Below the pieces are notes generated by a model. That model had not been told where the DNA came from and did not search any database. It saw only the letters and a program-made list of their open reading frames with translations. From a virus: 64,000 nucleotides of DNA. Below, piece after piece: positions 19,601 to 28,097 of the stretch; position 1 is the stretch's first letter, and every line of letters starts with the position of its first letter. The stretch covers positions 44,146 through 108,145 of the IMG/VR virus record IMGVR_UViG_3300042731_004843. The stretch is one strand, 5' to 3'. The position numbers and the translations under genes are program-made.

Positions 19601-22600
19601 TTCGCGTACAAGAAATTCACCAGCTATCTCAACGCGCTAGGGGTCAACGTTAAGAAGGACGGCAACAATCTCTCACTCATCCCGTTCACCGATAAGCAGG
19701 TGGAGGAGATGAGTAATGGGCAGATCAAAGACGCAGCCAGGATGGTGCGGGCCAAGGACCTACGCCCAGAGACTGGAGGGCTGTTCGATCCCAAGACCAC
19801 TGGCGGTGTTGACGGTACGAAGTGGAGCCACATTCGTCTGGCCGAGGCTATGCCCAACCCCTTGTTCGAGCGGGCGATACAGAGCCTCACCGGACTAGAT
19901 CAGAAGAAGTACACGGATCTGGTTACTGGTAGGGCGGCTTTGGATAAGAGCGGCAACCTGACCTCCAACTTGGACGCCGGCGTAACCGGTGGTGCTGCAA
20001 TAGATAGTCTGCTCAAGAAGGTCGACACCAAGACGGCACTGGAACAGGCGCAGAAGGAGCTGGACAACCCCAACCTGAAGGGCAACCGCCTCGACCAAGC
20101 CAACAAGAAGGTCAAGTTCCTGCGGGCGCTAGATTCCGCAGGACTGAATGCCCGGGACGCGTACATGATGCAGAACGTACCGGTCCTGCCGCCGTCCATG
20201 CGCCCCATCTCCCAGCTACCTAATGGCGATCTCAATTTTGACGACGTCAATGGCCTCTACAAGGGGCTGCACCTAACGTCGTCCCAATTAAAGAAGCAGC
20301 AGTCTAGTAAGTTGCTGCCGCCAGAAGAGATGCAAGAGACCAGGGAGGAACTCTATGATGGGCTACGTGCATTAACTGGTTTGGGCGGCAATCCAAGGCA
20401 GGAGTTCCGCGGCATCCTGGACGTGATCGGAGGCAAAAGACTGGAGACGTCTGGTGGCCGGGCAACTGGTAGAAAGGTGGGCTCACCAAAGGAGGGCTTC
20501 TTTCAGAAGAAGTTGGTGCAGAGAAAGCAGGACCTCTCTATGCGGTCCACCATCATCCCCGAGCCGGCACTAGCTTTGGACGAGGTGGGGCTGCCCAGAC
20601 GTGCGGCGCTTGAGCTCTACAAGCCATTTGTGGTTAGGGAGCTGCGCAACATAACTGGCGCTTCCCCATTGGAAGCGCAGAAGAAGATCGGAGAGGGCGG
20701 ACAGTTGGTAAACAGGGCGCTTGAGCGTGTGGTAGAAAGCCGCCCCGTCTTGTTGAAGAGAGACCCGGCACTGCACAAGTACAGTGTGCAGGCCTTCAAG
20801 CCGCGCATTGTGGGCGGCAAGGCTGTCCAGATCCACCCGCTGGTGACCTCCGGCTACAACGCAGACTTTGACGGGGACACGATGGCCGCCTTCGTGCCCG
20901 TGAGTAATGAGGCCGTTGAGGAAGCCAAGAAGATGTACCCCTCGAGGAACCTTTTCAGCCCCTCGACTGGCAGCTTGATGTACTCCCCTACGCTGGAGAC
21001 CCAGCTTGGTCTGTACGGCATCACGCAGCAAACCGGAAAGAAGACAGGCAAGCAGTTCAAGGACATCAAAGAGGTCCACTCCGCTTTGAACAAGGGCCAG
21101 GTAGGCCTCAATGATACTGTCCGAGTGGGTGGCCTGACGTCCACGACGGGTAAGTTTCTGGTGGGGGAGGCGCTACCAGAAGATATGCGCAAGGATTTCC
21201 TCAAGAGGAAAGACCCCCTGGACAAGGCCGGGCAAAAAGAGCTGCTTACAACACTGGCCAAGCAGCACCGCAATGACTACGGGGAGGTGGTCAACAAGCT
21301 AAAGGACCTGGGCAATCGCTGGTCGACGGATACCGCGTTCTCTATTGGTCTGGACGACATCAAGCCGGAGACACGGACGAGAGATAAGATCTTGAAGGCC
21401 GCGGAGAAGCGAGTGGCTGCGGCAGGCGGCAAACCAGAAGCGGCCATACGGGAATTCGACAAAGCCACGCAGGAGATGGCCAAAGAGTTCGCCAAGATGC
21501 CAGAGGGCCGTAGCGCGCTGCTCACTATGAACCGTTCCGGTATCAAGCCCTACAACGACACTCTTCGGCAGATCAAGATGGCCCCCATGCTGATCGCTAA
21601 CGCCAAAGGAGAGGTCATCCCCACTCCGGTACGCAAGTCCTACGCAGAGGGCCTGGATTTGGCAGACTACTGGACCTCGATGAGTGGGGCACGCAAGGGC
21701 ATCATCCAGAAGGTACAACAGGTCCAAGAGCCTGGGTACTTGTCCAAGCAGGTTATGAATTCTGTGATGAACAACACGATCGCGGACAATGACTGCGGTA
21801 CGGACAAGGGTATTGCGCTGCCGACAGACGAGAAGGATATCCTAGACAGGTACACGGCTGCGCCAGTACGGGCTGGAAAGAAGACCATACCCGCAGGTAC
21901 GTTGGTCACTCCAGAAGTACGGAACACGTTGCGTAACAACAGGGTAGGGCGGGTGGTGGTGCGCTCTCCTTTGCGCTGCCAGCACGGCCCAGGTCTCTGT
22001 AAGAAGTGTTACGGCCTTACTGAAGACGGAAGAGAGCCGGAAGTAGGCTTGAATGTGGGCGTGTTGGCCGGACAGGCACTAGGTGAGCGCGCCACCCAGC
22101 TGGCTATGAAATCCTTCCACACGGGGGGCACTGTAGCGACCAAGGAGGGCCTGGTAGATGAGTTTCAGCGGGTAAAGAACTTGCTGCTCTTCCCCAAGAC
22201 TCTGCCGGGATCTGCTACTCTGTCTACCGTGAACGGCAAGGTAGACAAGATAGAGAAGGACCCTGCCGGTGGACACAACGTGTTCATCTCTGGGGAGAGG
22301 CACTACGTTCCCCAGAAGCGGGGCGTGCCCATGATGGGCGGAAAGACATTGCGCAGAGGGGCCCAGGTTAAGAAGGGTGCCGCGATCTCCGGGGGGGTGG
22401 TGAACCCGCACGATATGCTGCCGCTGACTGGTGTGGAGCCCGTACAGGGCTACCTATCCAATGAGCTGCACAACATCTACGGGCCTCATGGTATCCGCCG
22501 CAGGAATACCGAAGTGGTGGTCAAGTCGCTAACGAATCTCACCAAGGTGGATGATCCCGGAGACCACCGTGAGTTCATCCGTGGCGACTTTGCGCCACAA

Positions 22601-22855
22601 ACACTGGTCGCGAATATGAACAGGCGAGACAAAGGCAAACGGCCTGTACGCCACACACCAATCCTCAAGGGCGTGGACATGCTACCGCTGGACATGCAAG
22701 AGGATTGGATTGCTAGAATGAATCACCAACGACTGTCTCAGACAGTCGTGGCGGCAGCGCAGCAGGGGTGGACCAGCAAGCTGCATGGTAAGCACCCTAT
22801 TCCTCCGGTTGTTTATGGTGCAGAGCTGGGCAAAGCAAAACCTGGAGAATACTAA
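16697..22855 (+). CDS. phage DNA-directed RNA polymerase, fused beta + beta' single polypeptide (2052 aa)
   Basis: beta motifs HTPEG, GYNFEDG, GDKIAGRHGNKG, MNPTGVPGRTNLGQ; beta' motifs GGLFD, VPVLPPSMRP, NADFDGD (20858-20878), bridge helix GARKG, trigger loop GERATQLAMKSFHTGG. Confidence 0.96.
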   Translation: MARLSPEESFEILKDRVAETVGGLFPIVGKKHTLELGQVDVNDRLHIDDIRSQKEAKLGSRTWAVPVEAKVVLRDNDTGKRVDEQKLRLMSLPKHTRRYSHIVDGQEYQIDNQWRLKSGVYARVKDNGELKSEFNLAKGRGFSLGFDPKNRQFHMSYGTSNIPLAPLLQEMGVPQAKIQEQWGSAIAQENDKDVEQAVLKFYKASTGKKADDYEQARQYMKDTLTATELRPDTTKVTLGKGYKSVTGDALMDASTKLLRISQGKAEPDPRDSLMFKDLHSTEDFFAERIQKSGRDITRRIQNTLDRKKRVSDIVGPDVFNRPIRTMYRTSLANVPDQTNPLEMMSGQMKTTITGEGGIKSSHAITEDAKLVDPSHLGYLDPIHTPEGASTGVSLRMPIGVKKKGHDVAVKMFNVKTGRLEDVNPEKAMNSTVVLPDQVRWQDGKPTPAGKTIKMSGPGNEIVEGPMKQADYIMRDPIQMFSMASNLVPFVAADHPNRSTMAGRHMEQAIPLQRRKAPLVQSVAGTKTFERVMGDYAGHTTRFAGEVVGIKKDAVVIKGDDGKNHEVQLYDHFPLNDDKGFLHSTPTVKVGDKVKKGQPIADTNFTDGGALALGTNLKVGYMPYKGYNFEDGIVISEGAAKELSSEHLYRKTLQRDRQHVLDKKKYQAYAPDAVTREQSDKLDDEGVIKPGQVVSPGDTLIAALREKKDTKEDRELARIHKSLVRPYTDASVKWEADHPGVVQEVVKKGKKLAVHVKTLEAAEIGDKIAGRHGNKGIITSILPDDEMPQTKDGKPLQILMNPTGVPGRTNLGQVLETAVGKIAEKTGKPYTVKNFQPNEDLHAKVTADLKAHGLPTDGKEEVVDPKTGRVLGRILTGPQHVVKLKHQVEKKMIARAGGPGYAYDRNLVPKGGGPHGAQALGTLGLYSMLAHGAKANLREMQTLKSDAGQSDEFWAALQAGEALPAPRPTFAYKKFTSYLNALGVNVKKDGNNLSLIPFTDKQVEEMSNGQIKDAARMVRAKDLRPETGGLFDPKTTGGVDGTKWSHIRLAEAMPNPLFERAIQSLTGLDQKKYTDLVTGRAALDKSGNLTSNLDAGVTGGAAIDSLLKKVDTKTALEQAQKELDNPNLKGNRLDQANKKVKFLRALDSAGLNARDAYMMQNVPVLPPSMRPISQLPNGDLNFDDVNGLYKGLHLTSSQLKKQQSSKLLPPEEMQETREELYDGLRALTGLGGNPRQEFRGILDVIGGKRLETSGGRATGRKVGSPKEGFFQKKLVQRKQDLSMRSTIIPEPALALDEVGLPRRAALELYKPFVVRELRNITGASPLEAQKKIGEGGQLVNRALERVVESRPVLLKRDPALHKYSVQAFKPRIVGGKAVQIHPLVTSGYNADFDGDTMAAFVPVSNEAVEEAKKMYPSRNLFSPSTGSLMYSPTLETQLGLYGITQQTGKKTGKQFKDIKEVHSALNKGQVGLNDTVRVGGLTSTTGKFLVGEALPEDMRKDFLKRKDPLDKAGQKELLTTLAKQHRNDYGEVVNKLKDLGNRWSTDTAFSIGLDDIKPETRTRDKILKAAEKRVAAAGGKPEAAIREFDKATQEMAKEFAKMPEGRSALLTMNRSGIKPYNDTLRQIKMAPMLIANAKGEVIPTPVRKSYAEGLDLADYWTSMSGARKGIIQKVQQVQEPGYLSKQVMNSVMNNTIADNDCGTDKGIALPTDEKDILDRYTAAPVRAGKKTIPAGTLVTPEVRNTLRNNRVGRVVVRSPLRCQHGPGLCKKCYGLTEDGREPEVGLNVGVLAGQALGERATQLAMKSFHTGGTVATKEGLVDEFQRVKNLLLFPKTLPGSATLSTVNGKVDKIEKDPAGGHNVFISGERHYVPQKRGVPMMGGKTLRRGAQVKKGAAISGGVVNPHDMLPLTGVEPVQGYLSNELHNIYGPHGIRRRNTEVVVKSLTNLTKVDDPGDHREFIRGDFAPQTLVANMNRRDKGKRPVRHTPILKGVDMLPLDMQEDWIARMNHQRLSQTVVAAAQQGWTSKLHGKHPIPPVVYGAELGKAKPGEY

Positions 22856-23169
22856 TGAACGAGATCCAAATGGCCAGCATGTCAGACGAGATAGGTAAGA
22901 TCAAGCAAGCCGGTATCGGTAGCGTGCTCAAAGGCGTGGGCAAGTTCTTCAAGGGTGGTCTGGAGGGGGCAGGACAGCTGGCTAGTAAGTCTGGGCGGTC
23001 AGGGTTGTGGCAACAGACTAAGAGCCTCCCTGGGCAGATGCGAGAGTCCTTCCGACAAGGTGGCCTGGCCGGAGCAGGAAGAACGCTGGCGGGGTCTACT
23101 CCCGCTCAGATAGCTGGCGTGGCTGCGGTCCCGTTCGCTGCTGGCAGATTGTCGAAGCGAGACAACTAG
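22855..23169 (+). CDS. small cationic amphipathic protein with acidic leader ending KQA
   Basis: MNEIQMASMSDEIGKIKQA|GIGSVLKGVGKFFKGG... Confidence 0.75.
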   Translation: MNEIQMASMSDEIGKIKQAGIGSVLKGVGKFFKGGLEGAGQLASKSGRSGLWQQTKSLPGQMRESFRQGGLAGAGRTLAGSTPAQIAGVAAVPFAAGRLSKRDN

Positions 23170-24435
23170 ATGTCCTTCCCCAATTCACCCTCATCCTCCA
23201 GGATGAGGCCCGCCTGGATCGAGACCGGGACGGTGGCCAATGTAAACGCCAAAAACATGACGTTGGACTGGGTATCCCAGTACACCGGCAAGCAGATCCC
23301 TGACGTGCAGTGGATGTCCTCGTACGTACACTACAGCAACGGCGAGGGGTTCACGTGCGTGCCGGAGGTTGGCGCCCTGTGTGCTCTGTGCTTTCCGTCT
23401 GATGACGATCCGCCCTTCGTACTTGGGTTTCTCACAGGGCCCGAGCTGATTGGGGCAGATGCCGGAGACCTACAGGAGAAGGTAGAGGATCCCGGCGTAG
23501 AGAATGAAGAAGACCTGCCGCAGTCGCAGACCACCCAGGCGGGAGGGACTACTAGCCCCACCGCTAACCCCAGCGATGCTAGCTTCCGTGGTGGCAGGCC
23601 AATACTAAACCCAGGGGACATGTATTGGCAGGGACGCAACGAGAACTTCGTGGTGCTTCGGCGCGGGGGCGTGCTGCAGCTGGGCAGCACTCAGATCTGC
23701 CAGCGGGTCTACATCCCAGTCGGTAATATCATCAGGGATTTCTGCGAGAACTATGAGCTGAACACGGCAGCAGGCACCCTGAGCTGGCAGGTCAAGCGCA
23801 ACGAGAGCAATCCCAGCGGCAACGCGCCCTCCGAGTTCGAGCTCATCTCCAGGGAGAACGCCCAGGATAAGTACGCTTCTGTGAAGGTAATGATTGGTAC
23901 GCCCCGTGACGACAAGGCTAAAAAGAAGCTGTCTAGCGGCAACAACGCGTTCATAGAACTTGTCCTGGCCCCTCAGAAGATCGACCCGAATACGGGAGAG
24001 GTGTCTGGCAAAGGTGTGTTCGTGATCAGAGTAGACAAAGAGGGCAACTCGTTTGTCTACCAGGCGGGGGATCGAGACGAGGAGGTAGGCAACGACACAG
24101 TCACGGTCAGGGGCGCGCAAAATGTAGAAGTCGCGGGGGCGCGCACGATCAAGTCCCAGAGTGAGAGTAAAGAACTGCAGGGCAATCAGGACGTTAAGGG
24201 CGCAGCTAGCACAGAGACTTGGAGTGGAACCAAGACGATAGCAGCAGCACAACTGCTGCTTGGAGGTACTGGGGCTTCCGAGCCGGGCGTGCTTGGTCTA
24301 AAATTGGCGGCATGGTTGTCATCGCACACACATACGGTCACCGTGCCACCAGGGACAGCGGTAGTATCGACGCCGCCCATGACTGCACAGGCTTTGCCCG
24401 ATGCGATTCTCTCGACCAAAGTAAAGCTGTTATGA
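23170..24435 (+). CDS. baseplate central spike (gpV/gp5/VgrG-like)
   Basis: OB-fold G...VPEVG.....F...PFVLG, beta-repeat region, C-terminal HTH metal-binding tip. Confidence 0.75.
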   Translation: MSFPNSPSSSRMRPAWIETGTVANVNAKNMTLDWVSQYTGKQIPDVQWMSSYVHYSNGEGFTCVPEVGALCALCFPSDDDPPFVLGFLTGPELIGADAGDLQEKVEDPGVENEEDLPQSQTTQAGGTTSPTANPSDASFRGGRPILNPGDMYWQGRNENFVVLRRGGVLQLGSTQICQRVYIPVGNIIRDFCENYELNTAAGTLSWQVKRNESNPSGNAPSEFELISRENAQDKYASVKVMIGTPRDDKAKKKLSSGNNAFIELVLAPQKIDPNTGEVSGKGVFVIRVDKEGNSFVYQAGDRDEEVGNDTVTVRGAQNVEVAGARTIKSQSESKELQGNQDVKGAASTETWSGTKTIAAAQLLLGGTGASEPGVLGLKLAAWLSSHTHTVTVPPGTAVVSTPPMTAQALPDAILSTKVKLL

Positions 24436-24447
24436 TAGGAGAGGACC

Positions 24448-26460
24448 ATGGATCTCTTCCTCGACGATAAAAAACTGACGTTTGAAAAGCTCGGTATGGA
24501 AGCCAGGATGTCGGAGGAACCGAACGACTGGCCGGAGCAGATCTTAGACCAGCTCTTCAAGCAGGTACCTTTTGCCAGTGACTACAACCCCAAGGTAGTA
24601 CTGGATGAGATCGACCCAGACCGGCGCTACGCGTTGGGGAAGGTGGAGCTCCACAACCAGATGGCCATCAATCCTCGGGACGACTCCACCCCGATGGAAC
24701 TGCAGGGCAAGCAGAAGGTCCTCATACCGATCGTCATCAAAGACGGCAGGCTTGCTCCGCTAGACCTGCTAATGCACAGCGGTTTTGTGGAGCCGCTTAC
24801 TGAAGACCGCCTACGTGCGGCCCTCTTCCGTCCGTCACTCTTCGAGGCGATACGTAAGCGGCCAGGCGACATGAGCCTTATCGAGCAGCTCTACCCACCC
24901 AATCGGCAGTACGGCGGCGCCAGGGGCCCCCTAGTGGCTGACGTAGGTGCCGGGGGTATGGCTCGTACAGCATCGGCCAAGCCGGAGTTTCTTCTCGACG
25001 CCATCATGCCTACCGTCAAGAAGGCGCACGTCCAGAAGGTGGCCCAGCAGATCGGCAACGATCCAGTGCTGAGATCCGCACTCTTCTCCAACGACGCCGT
25101 CATCCCCTTCATGTCCAAGCTGGCAGAGGTGGAGGCAGTAGAGAAGGACCCGGACGACTACCTGCGTAAGATCGCAGGCAGCATCCCGCCCAACGTCATC
25201 CAGGTGCGAAAGATCCCTGGTGGTTTCAGGATCAAGACAGCCCAGAGTGAGGCGCTGGTACCCAGCTCCGATGATGTGGACAGGCCGACGGCTGTCGGCT
25301 CTCTCGGTGGGGACCTGGTGTCTGCCGTGGAGCGTGACGGTACGACCACCATCAGTACCATGTCCGGGGCCAAAGATACGCTCGAGGACCTGGTCATCAC
25401 CACAGTCACCGAGTTCGGTCTCTACAAGGTCAAGCGTTTGGGGGACAACAAGGAGATGGTGGGTTGGGTATTCCCGAAAGTTATGGCCTTCACTGGAGAG
25501 GTCCTGCCGATCGCTGTGTTCTCCAACGGTAGCGCGTCCGCCATGCAAGAGAATATAGCTGGCGTGCCGGTAGGCAGGCAGCCGGATGTACTGGACTCGC
25601 CTCCCCAGGGCTTGGGAGTCTTCTACTACGCCACCTCGAGCGGAGCCATGGCGTTGGTGCCTGTGATGGTCAAGGGCGAGGCAGAGACCCCGGAGGGGGT
25701 CTCGTACGTCTGTGAGACCATCATGGGGGAGCGCTGTGGAGTGATCAAGGTCCCGGGCCTGAAGAGCATACAAGTCATAGAGGAGGGCAGGTACGGTATC
25801 CCGGAGGACTGTGGGTTCATGCCCATGGACAACCCCACAGATCTAGTCTCCAGCCCTGACGAGTTTATCAAGCAGGCTGAAGCGCTCATGGTGGCCGGCG
25901 ATGGGGTACGTATCATCACTGACGGCAGCTGCTACACCTTCGATGGCCCAGCCATCGATAAGCTGGCCGGTGTGCTGCCCACCCAGTTTTTGGACAGGGA
26001 TGACGCGGTATTCCTGGGCGCCGTGCTTGGTCAAGAGCCAGAGAAGCTGGCGCACAAACTGGACAGCATCCGCAGCAAGGGCGGGCAAGAGCTGTGGATC
26101 CAGGCGGTTCCAGCCACCACCATGCGGGAGAAGTACGCGGAAGCCAGAGCTAGTGCCAAGGAGAGGTTGGACAATCTCCCCGACATGAGGACTGACCTGC
26201 TTAAGGAGGCGGCTCCGATAGAGGACCCAGCTGCTGTGGACAAGATCCTTTCTGTGGGATTCCTCAATCCAGAGAACGTGTCGATCTTCGCTAGCTACGA
26301 GCCGGAGATAGAGGCTACGATCAAGAAGCTGTCGGAGCTGCTCATGGCCTCGAGGATGGGGCTGGGGTCTGTGGAGGAGGGGGCTCTCCAGAAAGCAATC
26401 GTTCACCTCGATAAGGTAGTGGCTGGACTGAAGACGATCGGTTCTATGCCGCAGGCATAA
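24448..26460 (+). CDS. putative virion structural/inner-head protein
   Basis: GGAGAGG SD; numerous KxA sites. Confidence 0.7.
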   Translation: MDLFLDDKKLTFEKLGMEARMSEEPNDWPEQILDQLFKQVPFASDYNPKVVLDEIDPDRRYALGKVELHNQMAINPRDDSTPMELQGKQKVLIPIVIKDGRLAPLDLLMHSGFVEPLTEDRLRAALFRPSLFEAIRKRPGDMSLIEQLYPPNRQYGGARGPLVADVGAGGMARTASAKPEFLLDAIMPTVKKAHVQKVAQQIGNDPVLRSALFSNDAVIPFMSKLAEVEAVEKDPDDYLRKIAGSIPPNVIQVRKIPGGFRIKTAQSEALVPSSDDVDRPTAVGSLGGDLVSAVERDGTTTISTMSGAKDTLEDLVITTVTEFGLYKVKRLGDNKEMVGWVFPKVMAFTGEVLPIAVFSNGSASAMQENIAGVPVGRQPDVLDSPPQGLGVFYYATSSGAMALVPVMVKGEAETPEGVSYVCETIMGERCGVIKVPGLKSIQVIEEGRYGIPEDCGFMPMDNPTDLVSSPDEFIKQAEALMVAGDGVRIITDGSCYTFDGPAIDKLAGVLPTQFLDRDDAVFLGAVLGQEPEKLAHKLDSIRSKGGQELWIQAVPATTMREKYAEARASAKERLDNLPDMRTDLLKEAAPIEDPAAVDKILSVGFLNPENVSIFASYEPEIEATIKKLSELLMASRMGLGSVEEGALQKAIVHLDKVVAGLKTIGSMPQA

Positions 26461-26461
26461 G

Positions 26462-27358
26462 ATGGCGATCCACCGCAGTCCTTGTGAGTACTTCATCAAG
26501 TTTCTGCTGTCCCAGCAGGAGCATGAGCCCAACGCTATCCTACAAATCCTGGAGGACTTTAATCTCGGGACAGGGGGACTGGGGATCAGCTACATAAAGC
26601 GCCTGCAGCGTGATATGGAGCCGGTGCCTGAGCCTTGGGACCTGACCGACAAGGACGGACCAACCAGAGAGTACCTCAAGAAGCACAAGATCCATGACCT
26701 GTACTTCCCGCACGCCCATGTACAAGAGGCGTACGGCATCCTCTCCAGCGCGCAGCTGCGGGAGGACATAGAGCAGCTGCTGCTGTCCCCGCTACGTATC
26801 GAAGAAGTGGTGAAGCGGATTAACCGCCACTACAACATGACGATGACGATAGAGGGGGCGGAAGCGTACCGGCACTACTTCTGGAACAAGAGCCTACTCT
26901 CGATGCAGGAGTGGATGGAGGTGCTTGAAGGCACGCCCATGGGATCGGAGAGCATCACCATGCTCAGGGTGAGTCCCGATGTGGCGCAGTCTCTGGTGCC
27001 TTGGATAGCCGGTATGGCCGGGCCACCGAAGACACTCAATACGGGTACGGTGGCTCGGCGCATGAGGGACATTGCGTTCCTAAAGGTGTTGGAAATCGAG
27101 AGGCAGCCAGCTACACTGGCCCACTCGAAGATGATGAAGAACTACATGGACGTGGTCCGTGGCGCAGAGGCCGAGATGCGCCAGAGCGAGGTTGCTCTGA
27201 AGGACGTACTCAAGGCGTTCGAGAAGTTCCGCTTGCGTAAAGATGACAACTCCGTGCCCTCAATCGAGGAAGTGGCGGGCCCGAATTTCAGCCATTCCGG
27301 GGAGGGGACTGGGGCTGCTAATACTGCGGACGATATAATGGAGGACGACGATGGCTGA
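26462..27358 (+). CDS. hypothetical protein (possible terminase small subunit)
   Basis: Helical protein near terminase; function from position only. Confidence 0.6.
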   Translation: MAIHRSPCEYFIKFLLSQQEHEPNAILQILEDFNLGTGGLGISYIKRLQRDMEPVPEPWDLTDKDGPTREYLKKHKIHDLYFPHAHVQEAYGILSSAQLREDIEQLLLSPLRIEEVVKRINRHYNMTMTIEGAEAYRHYFWNKSLLSMQEWMEVLEGTPMGSESITMLRVSPDVAQSLVPWIAGMAGPPKTLNTGTVARRMRDIAFLKVLEIERQPATLAHSKMMKNYMDVVRGAEAEMRQSEVALKDVLKAFEKFRLRKDDNSVPSIEEVAGPNFSHSGEGTGAANTADDIMEDDDG

Positions 27359-27881
27359 GACTAAAGAGGTAGTAGTACGTGGCGGAATCAAGACCGCGCA
27401 GACCAAGAGACCTTTCTGGGTTTCTGACGAAGAGAAAAAGGGCCTATCTACTACCCCGCCGGACAATCTGGATGTGGCGTCCGCTATTCCCGCTCTGACA
27501 TGTGTAGAGGCCGGCTCTCTTGTGGGGGCCTACACCCGCAAGGACGGGTTGGTGATCTACCACGTCTACAAAAAGGATCGGAAAGAGATCTACGACGCTG
27601 CTCACGAGGCGCTGGCGAAGACTCGGGATCCGGCCGCTCAACAAGAGATATCCCGGAGGGCTAACCAAGATCTGGAAGAACATCCTTGGTGGCCGGACAC
27701 CGTAGTAAAACTCCACGAGGTCTTCTCCGAGCACTTCAAGCACCACCCCAACAAGATCACCTACTTCCCAGAGGTAGATAGCTGGTCTGTGATCTTGCCC
27801 GAACCCACTATGCCAGCAGCCTTGGCGCCACAATATCTAAAGGCTGCTCTCAGCAAACTCGCCCTATCGGTTGATGGCTAA
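27351..27881 (+). CDS. hypothetical protein
   Basis: GGAGG SD, overlap with upstream gene. Confidence 0.7.
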   Translation: MAETKEVVVRGGIKTAQTKRPFWVSDEEKKGLSTTPPDNLDVASAIPALTCVEAGSLVGAYTRKDGLVIYHVYKKDRKEIYDAAHEALAKTRDPAAQQEISRRANQDLEEHPWWPDTVVKLHEVFSEHFKHHPNKITYFPEVDSWSVILPEPTMPAALAPQYLKAALSKLALSVDG

Positions 27882-28050
27882 GTTGTGGCCGGCTTACGCC
27901 GGCCGGCAACATATCGTGGAAGATTCGGGCAAATCGATCGAATACAGCACCGATCGTAGTTGCCCGAACCTTCCAATCGAAGGGTGAGGAGGTTGGGCGC
28001 GTACAACATGGTGCGTAGGACCAGAGCAGTGATACATCCGGGTCCTACTA
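27880..28050 (-). ncRNA. candidate structured small RNA
   Basis: Three stems (28015-28048, 27918-27974, 27882-27910 with GTAA loop on minus strand) downstream of a GGTATAAG motif. Confidence 0.4.
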
Positions 28051-28097
28051 GTTTACTTATACCTTATCATTGCGGATCGTTTCGGTAGAATGGGAAC

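Noticed and set aside
16697-22855. Bacterial chromosomal rpoBC
   Set aside because: No ribosomal-protein context, much shorter and divergent, flanked by portal, spike and terminase genes
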